A program made the translations under genes and the position numbers. From an uncultured Ruminococcus sp. (GTDB taxonomy: Bacteria; Bacillota; Clostridia; Oscillospirales; Ruminococcaceae): a DNA stretch of 64,000 bases. Positions 9,691 through 18,324 of the stretch are shown here, piece after piece; position 1 is the first letter of the stretch; each line of letters starts with the position of its first letter. Below the pieces are notes generated by a model that was not told where the DNA came from, searched no databases, and saw nothing but the letters and a program-made list of their open reading frames with translations. The stretch spans positions 7,999 to 71,998 of the forward strand of contig CAMOOV010000001.1 in assembly GCA_946621745.1 (NCBI GenBank). The letters run 5' to 3'.

Positions 9691-12153
9691 ATGAAATCTT
9701 TCGGTCACTTCGATGACGAACGCAAGGAATATGTCATCCAGTCCCCGCAGACACCTTATCCGTGGATCAATTACCTCGGTACACAGGCGTTCTTCTCTCT
9801 GATCTCCAATACCGCAGGCGGCTACAGCTTCTACAAGGATGCCCGTCTCCGCCGCATTACCCGCTACCGCTACAACAATGTTCCGATCGACATGGGCGGC
9901 AGATATTTCTACATCAAGGAGGGCGAGACCGTCTGGAATCCGGGCTGGTCGCCGGTCAAGACCGCGCTCGATTTCTATGAGTGCCGCCACGGTATGGGCT
10001 ATACCGTCATCACCGGCGCAAAGAACGGCCTGAAGGCTGAGGTCACCTTCTTCGTTCCGCAGAATTATGACGGCGAAGTCCAGCAGGTTGTCCTCACCAA
10101 TGAGAGCGGCGCTGCAAAGTCCTTCAAGCTCTTCTCCTTCGCAGAATGGTGCCTCTGGGATGCGCAGGATGACTGCACCAATTTCCAGAGAAACTTCTCC
10201 ACCGGCCGCGTCGAGGTCGAGGGCTCCACGATCTATCACAAGACCGAGTACCGCGACAGACGCGATCACTTCGCATTCTATACCGTCAATGACTCCATCG
10301 ACGGCTACGATACCGACCGCGATTCCTTCATCGGTCTCTATAACGGCTTCGGCGATCCGCAGGCCGTGACTGACGGCAAGGCCACCAATTCCTTCGCGGA
10401 CGGCTGGTCCCCGATCGCATCCCACTATAAGGAGATCACCCTCCAGCCCGGCGAAAGCAAGACGCTCGTCTTCATTCTCGGCTATGTCGAGATGCCTGTC
10501 GATCAGAAGTTCGAGGCCGACGGCCAGACCATCAACAAGACCAAGGCGCACGCCATGATCGAGAAGTACAATACCCCCGAAAAGGTCGCGGCAGGTCTCG
10601 CTGAGCTGAAGGACGCATGGGACAAGCTCCTCGGCATCATCAATGTCAATACCTCGGATGACAAGGTCAACCGCATGGTCAATATCTGGAATCAGTATCA
10701 GTGCATGGTCACCTTCAACCTCTCCCGCTCCGCTTCCTACTTCGAGAGCGGCATCGGCAGAGGCATGGGCTTCCGCGATTCCAATCAGGATATCCTCGGC
10801 TTCGTCCACCAGATCCCGGACAGAGCAAGAGAGCGCCTGATCGACCTCGCCTCCACGCAGCTTGAGGACGGCGGATGCTATCACCAGTATCAGCCGCTCA
10901 CCAAGAAGGGCAATTCCGATATCGGCGGCGACTTCTCCGATGATCCGCTGTGGATGATCCTCTCCGTCGGCGCTTACATCAAGGAAAGCGGAGACTGGGG
11001 CATCCTCGACGAAATGGTTCCCTATGATAATGACGAGTCCAAGGCAAAGCCGATGCTCGATCACCTGACCGTTTCGTTCTATCACATCGTCAACAATCTC
11101 GGCCCGCACGGTCTGCCGCTCGCAATGCGCGCTGACTGGAACGACTGCATCAACCTCTCCTGCTTCTCCGATAAGCCGGGCGAGTCCTTCCAGACCTACA
11201 CGAACCCGAAGTTCAAGGCTGAGGGCGGTTATTCCAAGGTCGCAGAATCCGTCATGGTCGCTACACTGTTCACCTATGTCGGCCCGACCTATGTCGGAAT
11301 CCTGAAGCATCTCGGCAAGGACGATGAGGCTGCAAAGGCACAGGCTGAGATCGACAAGATGAAGAAGAATGTCATGGATTCCGCATTCGACGGCGACTGG
11401 TTCATCCGCGCATACGATGCTTCCGGCGCGAAGATGGGCTCCAAGGAATGCGAAGAAGGCAAAATCTTCATCGAGCCGCAGGGCTTCGCTGTCATGTCCG
11501 AGATCGGCAAGGACGAGGGCGCTGACATCAAGACGCTCGAATCCATTGACAAGTATCTCAACACCAAGTACGGCCTTGTGCTGAACAATCCGGCATTCTC
11601 CAAGTACTACATCCAGTACGGTGAGATCTCCACCTATCCGGGCGGCTACAAGGAAAATGCGGGTATCTTCACGCACAACAATGCATGGATCATCTGCGCA
11701 GAGGCCTATGCCGGCAGAGGCGACAAGGCGTTTGAGTATTACAGCAAGATCGCTCCGGCATTCAACGAGGAGATCTCCGACCTGCACAAGACCGAGCCGT
11801 ATGTCTACGGTCAGATGATCGCAGGTAAGGACGCTTCCCGCTTCGGTGAGGGCAAGAATTCCTGGCTGACCGGTACGGCGGCATGGAATTTCGTTGCGAT
11901 CTCGCAGTACATTCTCGGTATCTCCGCTGACTTCGACGGCCTGAAGATTGATCCGTCCATCCCGAAGGCATGGGACGGCTTCACCGCAACCAGAAAGTTC
12001 CGCGGCGCGACCTACAATATCACCGTCAAGAATCCGGATCATGTTTCCAAGGGCATCAAGTCCCTGACCGTGGACGGCAAGGCTGTGGACGGCAATGTCG
12101 TTCCGGTATTCCCGGAGGGCGGCGCACATGAGGTCATCGCAGTGCTCGGCTGA
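9691..12153 (+). CDS. cellobiose (cellodextrin) phosphorylase, GH94
   Basis: Start moved to ATG 9691 (RBS aaaggag). [30 protein letters not shown]...[37 protein letters not shown] is the characteristic GH94 N-terminus. 820 aa. Confidence 0.9.
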   Translation: MKSFGHFDDERKEYVIQSPQTPYPWINYLGTQAFFSLISNTAGGYSFYKDARLRRITRYRYNNVPIDMGGRYFYIKEGETVWNPGWSPVKTALDFYECRHGMGYTVITGAKNGLKAEVTFFVPQNYDGEVQQVVLTNESGAAKSFKLFSFAEWCLWDAQDDCTNFQRNFSTGRVEVEGSTIYHKTEYRDRRDHFAFYTVNDSIDGYDTDRDSFIGLYNGFGDPQAVTDGKATNSFADGWSPIASHYKEITLQPGESKTLVFILGYVEMPVDQKFEADGQTINKTKAHAMIEKYNTPEKVAAGLAELKDAWDKLLGIINVNTSDDKVNRMVNIWNQYQCMVTFNLSRSASYFESGIGRGMGFRDSNQDILGFVHQIPDRARERLIDLASTQLEDGGCYHQYQPLTKKGNSDIGGDFSDDPLWMILSVGAYIKESGDWGILDEMVPYDNDESKAKPMLDHLTVSFYHIVNNLGPHGLPLAMRADWNDCINLSCFSDKPGESFQTYTNPKFKAEGGYSKVAESVMVATLFTYVGPTYVGILKHLGKDDEAAKAQAEIDKMKKNVMDSAFDGDWFIRAYDASGAKMGSKECEEGKIFIEPQGFAVMSEIGKDEGADIKTLESIDKYLNTKYGLVLNNPAFSKYYIQYGEISTYPGGYKENAGIFTHNNAWIICAEAYAGRGDKAFEYYSKIAPAFNEEISDLHKTEPYVYGQMIAGKDASRFGEGKNSWLTGTAAWNFVAISQYILGISADFDGLKIDPSIPKAWDGFTATRKFRGATYNITVKNPDHVSKGIKSLTVDGKAVDGNVVPVFPEGGAHEVIAVLG

Positions 12154-12200
12154 TCCAGCGACAGCGCGGTTTCTGTAATATCTATCATGTAAAATGCAAT

Positions 12201-12236
12201 ATGACGGACTGTCAATCAGTCCGTCATATTTGTTTT
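12201..12236 (+). terminator. intrinsic terminator after cellobiose phosphorylase
   Basis: Stem atgacggactg/cagtccgtcat with loop tcaat, followed by atttgtttt. Confidence 0.7.
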
Positions 12237-12416
12237 CCGGCGCATTGTCTGTTCCAGTCGGCACGAGTCTATCGCCGATGCAACAAAGCAGCATGATTCT
12301 TCCGTTTACCCATTGCTTTTTTAGGAATAATGTGGTATAATGAAAATGTATGCAAACATAATACACCATATCCATAGAGAGAAATCAGCGATACCGAATG
12401 AAAGAGGGGCGAACCT

Positions 12417-13598
12417 ATGAAATGTGTGCATTGCGGCAGTCCCCTGCCGGAGCGATTCTCATTTTGTCCGCAGTGCGGCGTCCGTGTCAGAGATATGTCC
12501 GGAAAACCGATTCCTTCGCAGGTCACGACAGATTCCACGCCGATTTTCTCGAAAGCGGCTCCGATGCCGAAACAAAAAAAGCCGTTGAATGTGCCGAATC
12601 TTGTGCTCTGCGGCATACTCGCGGCAAATCTGATCGGCGGTGCCGTGATCTTCAACGGCATCCGACAGAAAAAAGCAGCACCGCCGCAAACCAGTGTGGC
12701 GGAAGTCTCTGAGGCCGCAGCTGCAACGACCGTAACTGAAGCACCGGCCGAGATAACCGTCACGGAAACAGAAGCCGTTACAACCGAGCCGGAAACAACA
12801 ACGAAAACACCGGAGGTCACGACCGCCAAAACAACAAATGCGACAACTGCGAAAACAACAAAGGCAACGACCGCTCAGACAACAGCGAAAACCACCAAAC
12901 AAACAACATCCAAAACAACCAAACCGACTACGGCAAAGACCACCGCTGCTCCGACGAAGAAAACAGAGCCGCGCACACAGCCGCCTGCCGATCCCCAACC
13001 CGCGGAACCTTCCGGCACGACTGCCGATGATTACTATGCAACACTCGGCCGGATGCCGTTCTCTGTCGGAAACGGCGGCGATCCTTTCATGCTGCCCGGT
13101 CTCTGGACACGCGCTAGCAACGATGACGGAAATGCGTGCAGTGAAGACACCGCGAAACAGGCGATGCTCGATCTTCCGATCAACTGGGGCGATGATTACG
13201 ATATCTACTGCGGTACTAAGGAGGACAATAACGGTACCGCCGACTCCACCTACCGCTACATAGCAAATGCATTCCCTGTCCCCGGCTATAACGACCTGCA
13301 AATGCCGGCGGCTGTCGATCTCTACATTCATAACGGCACACAGGGCAATTATCTCCGTGCAATCGACTACCGCTTCGGAAATCACACTGACTACACCGGA
13401 CCGTATGTCTGGACATATGACGATATTGCGAATATCTTCTATAATATTGCAGACTATGCGGATTCCCTCTATGGCGGACATGAAACCGTCAGCGATAATA
13501 ATTTTGAACATTACCGATATAACGGCGGTGCATTGGACATGGGCTTTTATGAGAAAAACGGCAGAAATGTTCTCTGGATCTCCCGTGCGAATGACTGA
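12417..13598 (+). CDS. zinc-ribbon / single-TM / Thr-rich linker / unknown extracytoplasmic domain protein
   Basis: MKCVHCGSPLPERFSFCPQCG is a CxxC..CxxC ribbon. TM segment LVLCGILAANLIGGAVIF. TAKTT-type repeats. The 190-aa C-terminal domain has no motif I recognise. Confidence 0.6.
   Translation: MKCVHCGSPLPERFSFCPQCGVRVRDMSGKPIPSQVTTDSTPIFSKAAPMPKQKKPLNVPNLVLCGILAANLIGGAVIFNGIRQKKAAPPQTSVAEVSEAAAATTVTEAPAEITVTETEAVTTEPETTTKTPEVTTAKTTNATTAKTTKATTAQTTAKTTKQTTSKTTKPTTAKTTAAPTKKTEPRTQPPADPQPAEPSGTTADDYYATLGRMPFSVGNGGDPFMLPGLWTRASNDDGNACSEDTAKQAMLDLPINWGDDYDIYCGTKEDNNGTADSTYRYIANAFPVPGYNDLQMPAAVDLYIHNGTQGNYLRAIDYRFGNHTDYTGPYVWTYDDIANIFYNIADYADSLYGGHETVSDNNFEHYRYNGGALDMGFYEKNGRNVLWISRAND
12820..12945 (+). 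repeat. in-frame tandem 15-nt (TAKTT-like pentapeptide) repeat
   Basis: Encodes TTAKTTNATTAKTTKATTAQTTAKTTKQTTSKTTKPTTAKTT. The unit is a degenerate acNgcNaaaacaaca. Confidence 0.8.
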
Positions 13599-13624
13599 TC
13601 TCCGCCAGTGAAAGGAGACTGACT

Positions 13625-14494
13625 ATGGAATTCTGGGATGCTGTCAGCCGCGGCATGGATAAGCTCGCAAGCAAGCTCGACGCGCTCTCTGAGAGTCATC
13701 AGATGCAGCACAGTGATACCGGCTTCTCGATCATGGATAAGGATTACTGCTGGGAGGATCTCGACTACGGCAAGGATGTGACGCTGCAGCGCCATGTTGT
13801 CAGCGGTGAATGCCGGATTGTCGATCAGTACGGCCAGATTCTTGAGACCGGTACACAGGAAATGCTGGAGCAATCCATGATCCGCAGAGCCGCCCGCTCC
13901 GAAGCCATGCGGAATGCGGCAGTACCCGCCGGAACGGATTTCTCCGCACATCCCGGCGCGGTCTCCGGTCTGACGGGCGTACAGCCGGTTCAGGCGCAGT
14001 ACGGCGATATCATCGGCGTTGTCCGCCGCGGCGGTACATATGTCCATTACGGCATTTATGTCAGCGACACCTGCATTGTGCATTATAATTTTCAGGCGAG
14101 CAAGACCTTCGGTGCGCCGACGATCCATGCGACCAATCTCAAAAACTTTTTGCAGAATGATCCGGAATATTTCATTCTGGATTTTCCCAAGCCCTATGAA
14201 CCGCCGGTCGCGCTCGGCGGTGAGCTGAGTGCGCCGCATATCAACACCTATTCCGAGGAGCTGGCAAGGTCGCTCCAGCGCACCTACGGCTATCATCTCT
14301 ATACGCCGGAGGAGACCGTCGCGAGAGCGCGTTCGCGGCTGGGCGAAACACATTACAATCTGTTCACGAATAACTGCGAGCATTTCGCGATCTGGTGCAA
14401 GACCGGTGTCAGCGAATCCTTACAGGTCAGCAGTATGCTCGGCTCACTGCTCAACAATCAGCGCTGGCAGTTCCGCAAGCCGGTGATATATTGA
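13625..14494 (+). CDS. LRAT/PLAAT (H-rev107, NlpC/P60 superfamily) domain protein
   Basis: GTYVHYGIYVSDTCIVHY (His pair) together with the NCEHFAIWCKTG catalytic Cys motif. About 125 aa of N-terminal extension of unknown function. Confidence 0.7.
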   Translation: MEFWDAVSRGMDKLASKLDALSESHQMQHSDTGFSIMDKDYCWEDLDYGKDVTLQRHVVSGECRIVDQYGQILETGTQEMLEQSMIRRAARSEAMRNAAVPAGTDFSAHPGAVSGLTGVQPVQAQYGDIIGVVRRGGTYVHYGIYVSDTCIVHYNFQASKTFGAPTIHATNLKNFLQNDPEYFILDFPKPYEPPVALGGELSAPHINTYSEELARSLQRTYGYHLYTPEETVARARSRLGETHYNLFTNNCEHFAIWCKTGVSESLQVSSMLGSLLNNQRWQFRKPVIY

Positions 14495-14597
14495 TTCATC
14501 ACACCCGCAGATTCAACATATATGCAGCAGCCCGACCGTTTGAGACAGCGGTCGGGCATTGCTTCAGCAACAAATAATCTATAAACCGGGATTTGTC

Positions 14598-14816
14598 TGG
14601 GGAGTTCCGCACTCTGCGGAGTGCGGCTTAGGGCTCTGCCCTAAGAACCCGCAAGCCTTTGAAAAGGCTTGACCTAAACTTTGGATGACATTGCCGGCAG
14701 CGAAATGAGATTTTCCAGACCGTACAATAGGCGCGAACAGCGCCGTAACAGCGACGAACCGGACACCGCTCCGCAAAACCATGCCGTAGGGAAACGGCAC
14801 CGCGCACTGCGCGGCG
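14598..14816 (+). repeat. modular hairpin repeat, copy A
   Basis: Consecutive perfect hairpins ccgcactc/gagtgcgg, cttaggg/ccctaag and caagcctt/aaggcttg, then ggcagcgaaatgagatttt...cgtaacagcgacg. Aligns by eye with copies at 53788-54012 (reverse strand) and 63781-64000. Confidence 0.75.
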
Positions 14817-14825
14817 GGAGGTATT

Positions 14826-15401
14826 ATGCTTATCAATGAAATATCCGCTGAAATCAGCGTCATCCGCAGCGCAAGGCGCACCCTTGCCGCCGAGATCCGG
14901 CCGGACGGCACCGTTCTCGTCCGCGCTCCGCTCAAAATGCCCGAAGCACAGATCAAGCGCTTCCTCACACAGAAAGCCCCGCTGATCGAAAAGCATCTGC
15001 AAAAGCAGCTCCGCCGCAAGGCCGAAGCCGATGCACTGCCGCCCTTTACGCCGGACGAGATCCGCGCAATGGCCGATCAGGCGCTGAAGGTCATTCCGGA
15101 GCGCGTCAAATATTATGCGCCGCTCGTCGGCGTGACCTACGGGCGCATCACGATCCGCAATCAGAAAAGCCGCTGGGGGAGCTGCTCCTCCGCCGGCAAC
15201 CTCAATTTCAACTGCCTGCTCATGATGACGCCGCCGGAGGTGCTGGACAGCGTGGTCGTGCATGAGCTTTGTCACCGGCTCCAGCCGAATCATTCAGCGA
15301 AATTCTATGCGGAGGTCTACCGCGTTTTTCCGGAATACGACCGCTGTGACAAGTGGCTCAAAGAACACGGGCCGGCGCTTATCCGCCGGATGACGGGCTG
15401 A
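14826..15401 (+). CDS. YgjP-like (DUF45, M48-like) metal-dependent hydrolase
   Basis: RWGSCSSAGNLNFNCLLMMTPPEVLDSVVVHELCHRLQPNHSAKFY contains the HExxH motif. RBS gggagg. Confidence 0.75.
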   Translation: MLINEISAEISVIRSARRTLAAEIRPDGTVLVRAPLKMPEAQIKRFLTQKAPLIEKHLQKQLRRKAEADALPPFTPDEIRAMADQALKVIPERVKYYAPLVGVTYGRITIRNQKSRWGSCSSAGNLNFNCLLMMTPPEVLDSVVVHELCHRLQPNHSAKFYAEVYRVFPEYDRCDKWLKEHGPALIRRMTG

Positions 15402-16866
15402 TCTGCCGGAGAAACAGATGCAGCGTATCGCCATCCGCCGCGATGCAGGAAAGCAATGTCTGCGCGATCAGTTTCTTCGCAGATGCGTCGGTTTCGCTCC
15501 ATTCCGGCAGACTGACGGCCTGTGCCTTTCCTGACGAATCGAGCTGTCTTTGCAGCAGTTCCGTCCGCTGCGCAATCTGTGATGCCGCCGCTGTCAGCAG
15601 GGAAATCTCTGTTCCGTCCGGATCGGCAAGGCTCTGCAAGATCGCAGCGCGCCGCAGCTTTAGCGCATCCAGCTCCGAACGGATCTGTGCGGCATTGTGA
15701 TCGCTGACCGTCATGATCCCCGCTCCGCGCAGCCGCTCCAGTTCCTCTGCGAGCAGCTGACCGGCCAGTGCCTCTGCCGTATCCACACGCCAGACCGCGC
15801 CTGCCCCGCTGCATTTTCCGCGCTTTCTGCCGCCGCAGATCAGATATACCGCATTCCTGCCCTGTACCGCCGTCATCGCGCTGCCGCAGCGCATACAAAA
15901 AATCATACCGCTGAGCCATGTGCGCACACCCTTTCCGGATGTGCGCTTTTTTCGCGATGCTTCGAGCTTTTTCTGACATCCGAGCCAGATCTCCGGCGCA
16001 ACGGTTCCCCTGTGCGGCGCTGTCACCGCGAGCACATCATGCAGATCCGTGAAGCGGCTGCGGTTATACCGCCGATCCGCATAGAGATAGATCCCGCGCT
16101 GCGGCGGCAGCGGATCTGCCATGCACAAAACCGCGCCCCGCGCCGACAGATACGCATACACATCCGCATTGCCCTGCACATAGACCGGATTCCGCAGAAT
16201 GCGGCAAAGCACATTCGGCGTCCAGCGCCCGCCGTGCAGCGTTCGGAATCCTGCCGCGTTCCATGTCCGGCAGACAGCCGTCAGCGAGCCCTCCGGCCGC
16301 AGATACGCGGAAAAACCCTCTGCGACGACCGGCGCATTTTCGTCCGGCGCGAGAATATTCGTTCGCCTGCCGAGTATCTCTCCGCGCACCTTCCGGAATC
16401 CCGCCGGCGGCGGCCCGCCTGTATCGAATCCCAGCTTTGCGCGGGCAAATGCCGCGTCGCGCACTCTCCCGCTGATCGTCTCGCGCTCCAGCTGCGCGAA
16501 TACCATGAGCAGACTCTGCATTGCCTGCCCCATTGGTGAAGCAGTCTCGAAACGCTCGGTGTGGGAGCGGAATTCCACGCGGTGCGTGCGGAATAATTCC
16601 AGCAGGCGCGTGAAATCCGCGAGGTTGCGGCTGATGCGGTCGAGCTTATAGACGAAGACTGTTCCGATCTCTCCGCGCCGGATCGCATCGGTCAGGGCGC
16701 GGAGTCCCGGCCGCTCCGTATTTTTGCCGGAATAGCCGCGGTCGCTGTAAACCGTGACCGGTGTTTCCGGCGGCAGCTCCGAGCGGCAGAGCGCTTCCTG
16801 CGTTTCCAGACTGACACTGTCGGCGCGGTCGGCGGACTGCCGCACATAGACCGCAGTGATGCGCAT
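15379..16866 (-). CDS. large serine recombinase (resolvase + recombinase + zinc-ribbon domains)
   Basis: MRITAVYVRQSADRADSVSLETQ (nucleophile Ser), YSDRGYSGKNTERPGLRAL, VYKLDRISRN and the ribbon CMRCGS..CGGRKRGKC. 495 aa and apparently intact. Its 3' end overlaps the YgjP-like gene by 23 nt. Confidence 0.85.
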   Translation of the reverse strand: MRITAVYVRQSADRADSVSLETQEALCRSELPPETPVTVYSDRGYSGKNTERPGLRALTDAIRRGEIGTVFVYKLDRISRNLADFTRLLELFRTHRVEFRSHTERFETASPMGQAMQSLLMVFAQLERETISGRVRDAAFARAKLGFDTGGPPPAGFRKVRGEILGRRTNILAPDENAPVVAEGFSAYLRPEGSLTAVCRTWNAAGFRTLHGGRWTPNVLCRILRNPVYVQGNADVYAYLSARGAVLCMADPLPPQRGIYLYADRRYNRSRFTDLHDVLAVTAPHRGTVAPEIWLGCQKKLEASRKKRTSGKGVRTWLSGMIFCMRCGSAMTAVQGRNAVYLICGGRKRGKCSGAGAVWRVDTAEALAGQLLAEELERLRGAGIMTVSDHNAAQIRSELDALKLRRAAILQSLADPDGTEISLLTAAASQIAQRTELLQRQLDSSGKAQAVSLPEWSETDASAKKLIAQTLLSCIAADGDTLHLFLRQISPSSGG

Positions 16867-16869
16867 AAA

Positions 16870-16909
16870 AATCCCCCCTGCTTATGCTTATGCATCCGCA
16901 GGGGGGATT
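16870..16909 (-). terminator. pfkA intrinsic terminator that also sequesters the recombinase SD
   Basis: 12-bp perfect stem aatcccccctgc/gcaggggggatt with a 16-nt loop. On the minus strand the 3' arm is followed by UUU and then the recombinase ATG. Confidence 0.7.
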
Positions 16910-16926
16910 CATGCTGTGAACAGTTA

Positions 16927-18009
16927 TCAGTCTCCGAACGAAACGCCGATGCGCTTTGCCGTCACGACAAGCTGATCCTTCGGGCTGACAAATTTCGTCA
17001 GGCCAGCGATATCCTCCAGCTTATTCGCCGTGACCTTGCCGTTGACCATTGCGACTGTTCTGCCGTATTTCTCATTCGCGATCAGCTTTGCCGCGTGAAC
17101 GCCGAATTTCGTCGCGAGAATGCGGTCATATGCAGAGGGCGAGCCGCCGCGGAGCATATGTCCCGGCACGCAGACACGCGTATCAATGCCGGTGCCGGCC
17201 TGCACCTGTGCCGCAATGCGGGAGGTTGCCGTGACAATGCCGGCCTCCTCGCGCTTTCTGGCGCGATCCTTCTTCTTGAGCTGCGCTTCATCCTTGTCGA
17301 ATGCGCCCTCCGCTACGGCAAGGATCGAGAATGACTTGCCGCTCGCGGCACGCTTCATGACCGCATCGCAGACCTTGTCGATATCATACGGGATCTCCGG
17401 GATCAGGATGATATCCGCGCCGCCGGCGAGTCCTGCATTCAGCGTCAGCCAGCCCGCCTTGTTGCCCATGATCTCGCAGACGAGAATGCGGCTGTGGGAA
17501 GCGGCGGTCGTATGCAGCCGGTCGATCGCGTCGGTCGCGGTATCGACGGCGGTATGGAAGCCGAAGGTCACATCCGTGCCGTAAATATCGTTGTCGATCG
17601 TCTTCGGCAGGCCGATGACATTCAGCCCCTCCTGCGCGAGCAGATGCGAGGTTTTGTGCGTACCGTTGCCGCCGAGCGTCAGCAGGCAGTCGAGCTTCTG
17701 CTTTTTGTAGGTCTCGCACATATTCTTGACCTTGTCCACATTGTCATCGCCGATGACCGTCATCATCTTGAACGGCTGGCGCTTGGTGCCGAGGATCGTT
17801 CCGCCCTGCGTCAGGATGCCGGAGAATTCGCCCGGCTGCATGACGCGGCACATATTGTGGATCAGGCCATAGTAGCCGTTGGAGATGCCGATGATCTCAA
17901 CATTTTCCTCGCCCATCAGCTCAAAGCAGGCCTTTGCGACGCCGCGGATCGTGGCATTGAGGCCGGGGCAGTCGCCGCCGGAGGTCAGGATTCCGATTCG
18001 TTTTTTCAT
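16927..18009 (-). CDS. pfkA: 6-phosphofructokinase
   Basis: Start moved to MKKRIGILTSGGDCPGLNATIRGV. PFK family motifs run throughout (GGNGT, PKTIDND). 360 aa. Confidence 0.9.
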   Translation of the reverse strand: MKKRIGILTSGGDCPGLNATIRGVAKACFELMGEENVEIIGISNGYYGLIHNMCRVMQPGEFSGILTQGGTILGTKRQPFKMMTVIGDDNVDKVKNMCETYKKQKLDCLLTLGGNGTHKTSHLLAQEGLNVIGLPKTIDNDIYGTDVTFGFHTAVDTATDAIDRLHTTAASHSRILVCEIMGNKAGWLTLNAGLAGGADIILIPEIPYDIDKVCDAVMKRAASGKSFSILAVAEGAFDKDEAQLKKKDRARKREEAGIVTATSRIAAQVQAGTGIDTRVCVPGHMLRGGSPSAYDRILATKFGVHAAKLIANEKYGRTVAMVNGKVTANKLEDIAGLTKFVSPKDQLVVTAKRIGVSFGD

Positions 18010-18151
18010 GGTTTTTGATTCCTTTCGTTTATGGTTTTGGGATTTGGGAATTTGCATTGAGACCCTCCGGATGCGGCACTGCCGTCCGCCGGAGGGCAGA
18101 GTTCTGATTCGTTTTACTTGGTTTTTGATTCCTTTCGTTTATGGTTTTGGG
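17994..18151. repeat. direct duplication of the pfkA 5' end (about 48 bp, period 110 bp) flanking a GC hairpin
   Basis: ggtttttgattcctttcgtttatggttttggg is identical at 18010-18041 and 18120-18151. Flanks ccgattcgtttttt and ctgattcgtttta are also related. The hairpin ccctccgg...ccggaggg lies at 18063-18096. Confidence 0.85.
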
Positions 18152-18195
18152 GGTTGGGATGCGATGTTCTTTGTCTTGGATTTCTGGCTTAAATA

Positions 18196-18320
18196 GTTTG
18201 TTTGGGATTTCGCGCTCTGCGGAGCGCGACCAAAGGGCTCTCCGCCCTCTGGACTCCTGACCAAAGGGACCAGTCCCTTTGGAATCCCTTTAGGCTTCAT
18301 CCGCGGAATAGTTTCCGCAA
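18196..18320 (-). repeat. modular hairpin repeat, copy B (partial, diverged)
   Basis: Hairpins cgcgctc tgc ggagcgcg and ccaaagggac cag tccctttgg. Module order and the ctgcggag core resemble the left half of copies C and D in reverse orientation. Confidence 0.5.
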
Positions 18321-18324
18321 TATC

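Noticed and set aside
9427-12375. 982-aa ORF antisense to cellobiose phosphorylase. Similar long antisense ORFs occur at 2049-3593, 12459-13511, 34277-35566, 36455-37447, 38217-39311, 42204-45314 (1036 aa, spanning gyrB and the next gene), 46193-48286, 52351-53802, 55594-57324, 58693-59970, 60176-61150 and 62275-63516.
   Set aside because: Each lies opposite a gene with unmistakable conserved motifs. Their translations are Arg/Ala/Asp/His-rich low-complexity strings with no motifs and no RBS. Stop-poor antisense frames are expected at this GC content and codon bias.
14598-14816. Whether the hairpin repeats form a CRISPR array.
   Set aside because: The modules are different short palindromes rather than one direct repeat separated by unique spacers of constant length. 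No cas genes are present.
14598-18320. Whether repeat copies A (+) and B (-) are inverted repeats that the serine recombinase uses to flip the YgjP-recombinase-pfkA segment.
   Set aside because: A and B share only one about 20-bp hairpin module, which is itself palindromic and so has ambiguous orientation. The other copies are far from any recombinase. Large serine recombinases act on specific att sites rather than on such repeats. No supporting evidence is visible.
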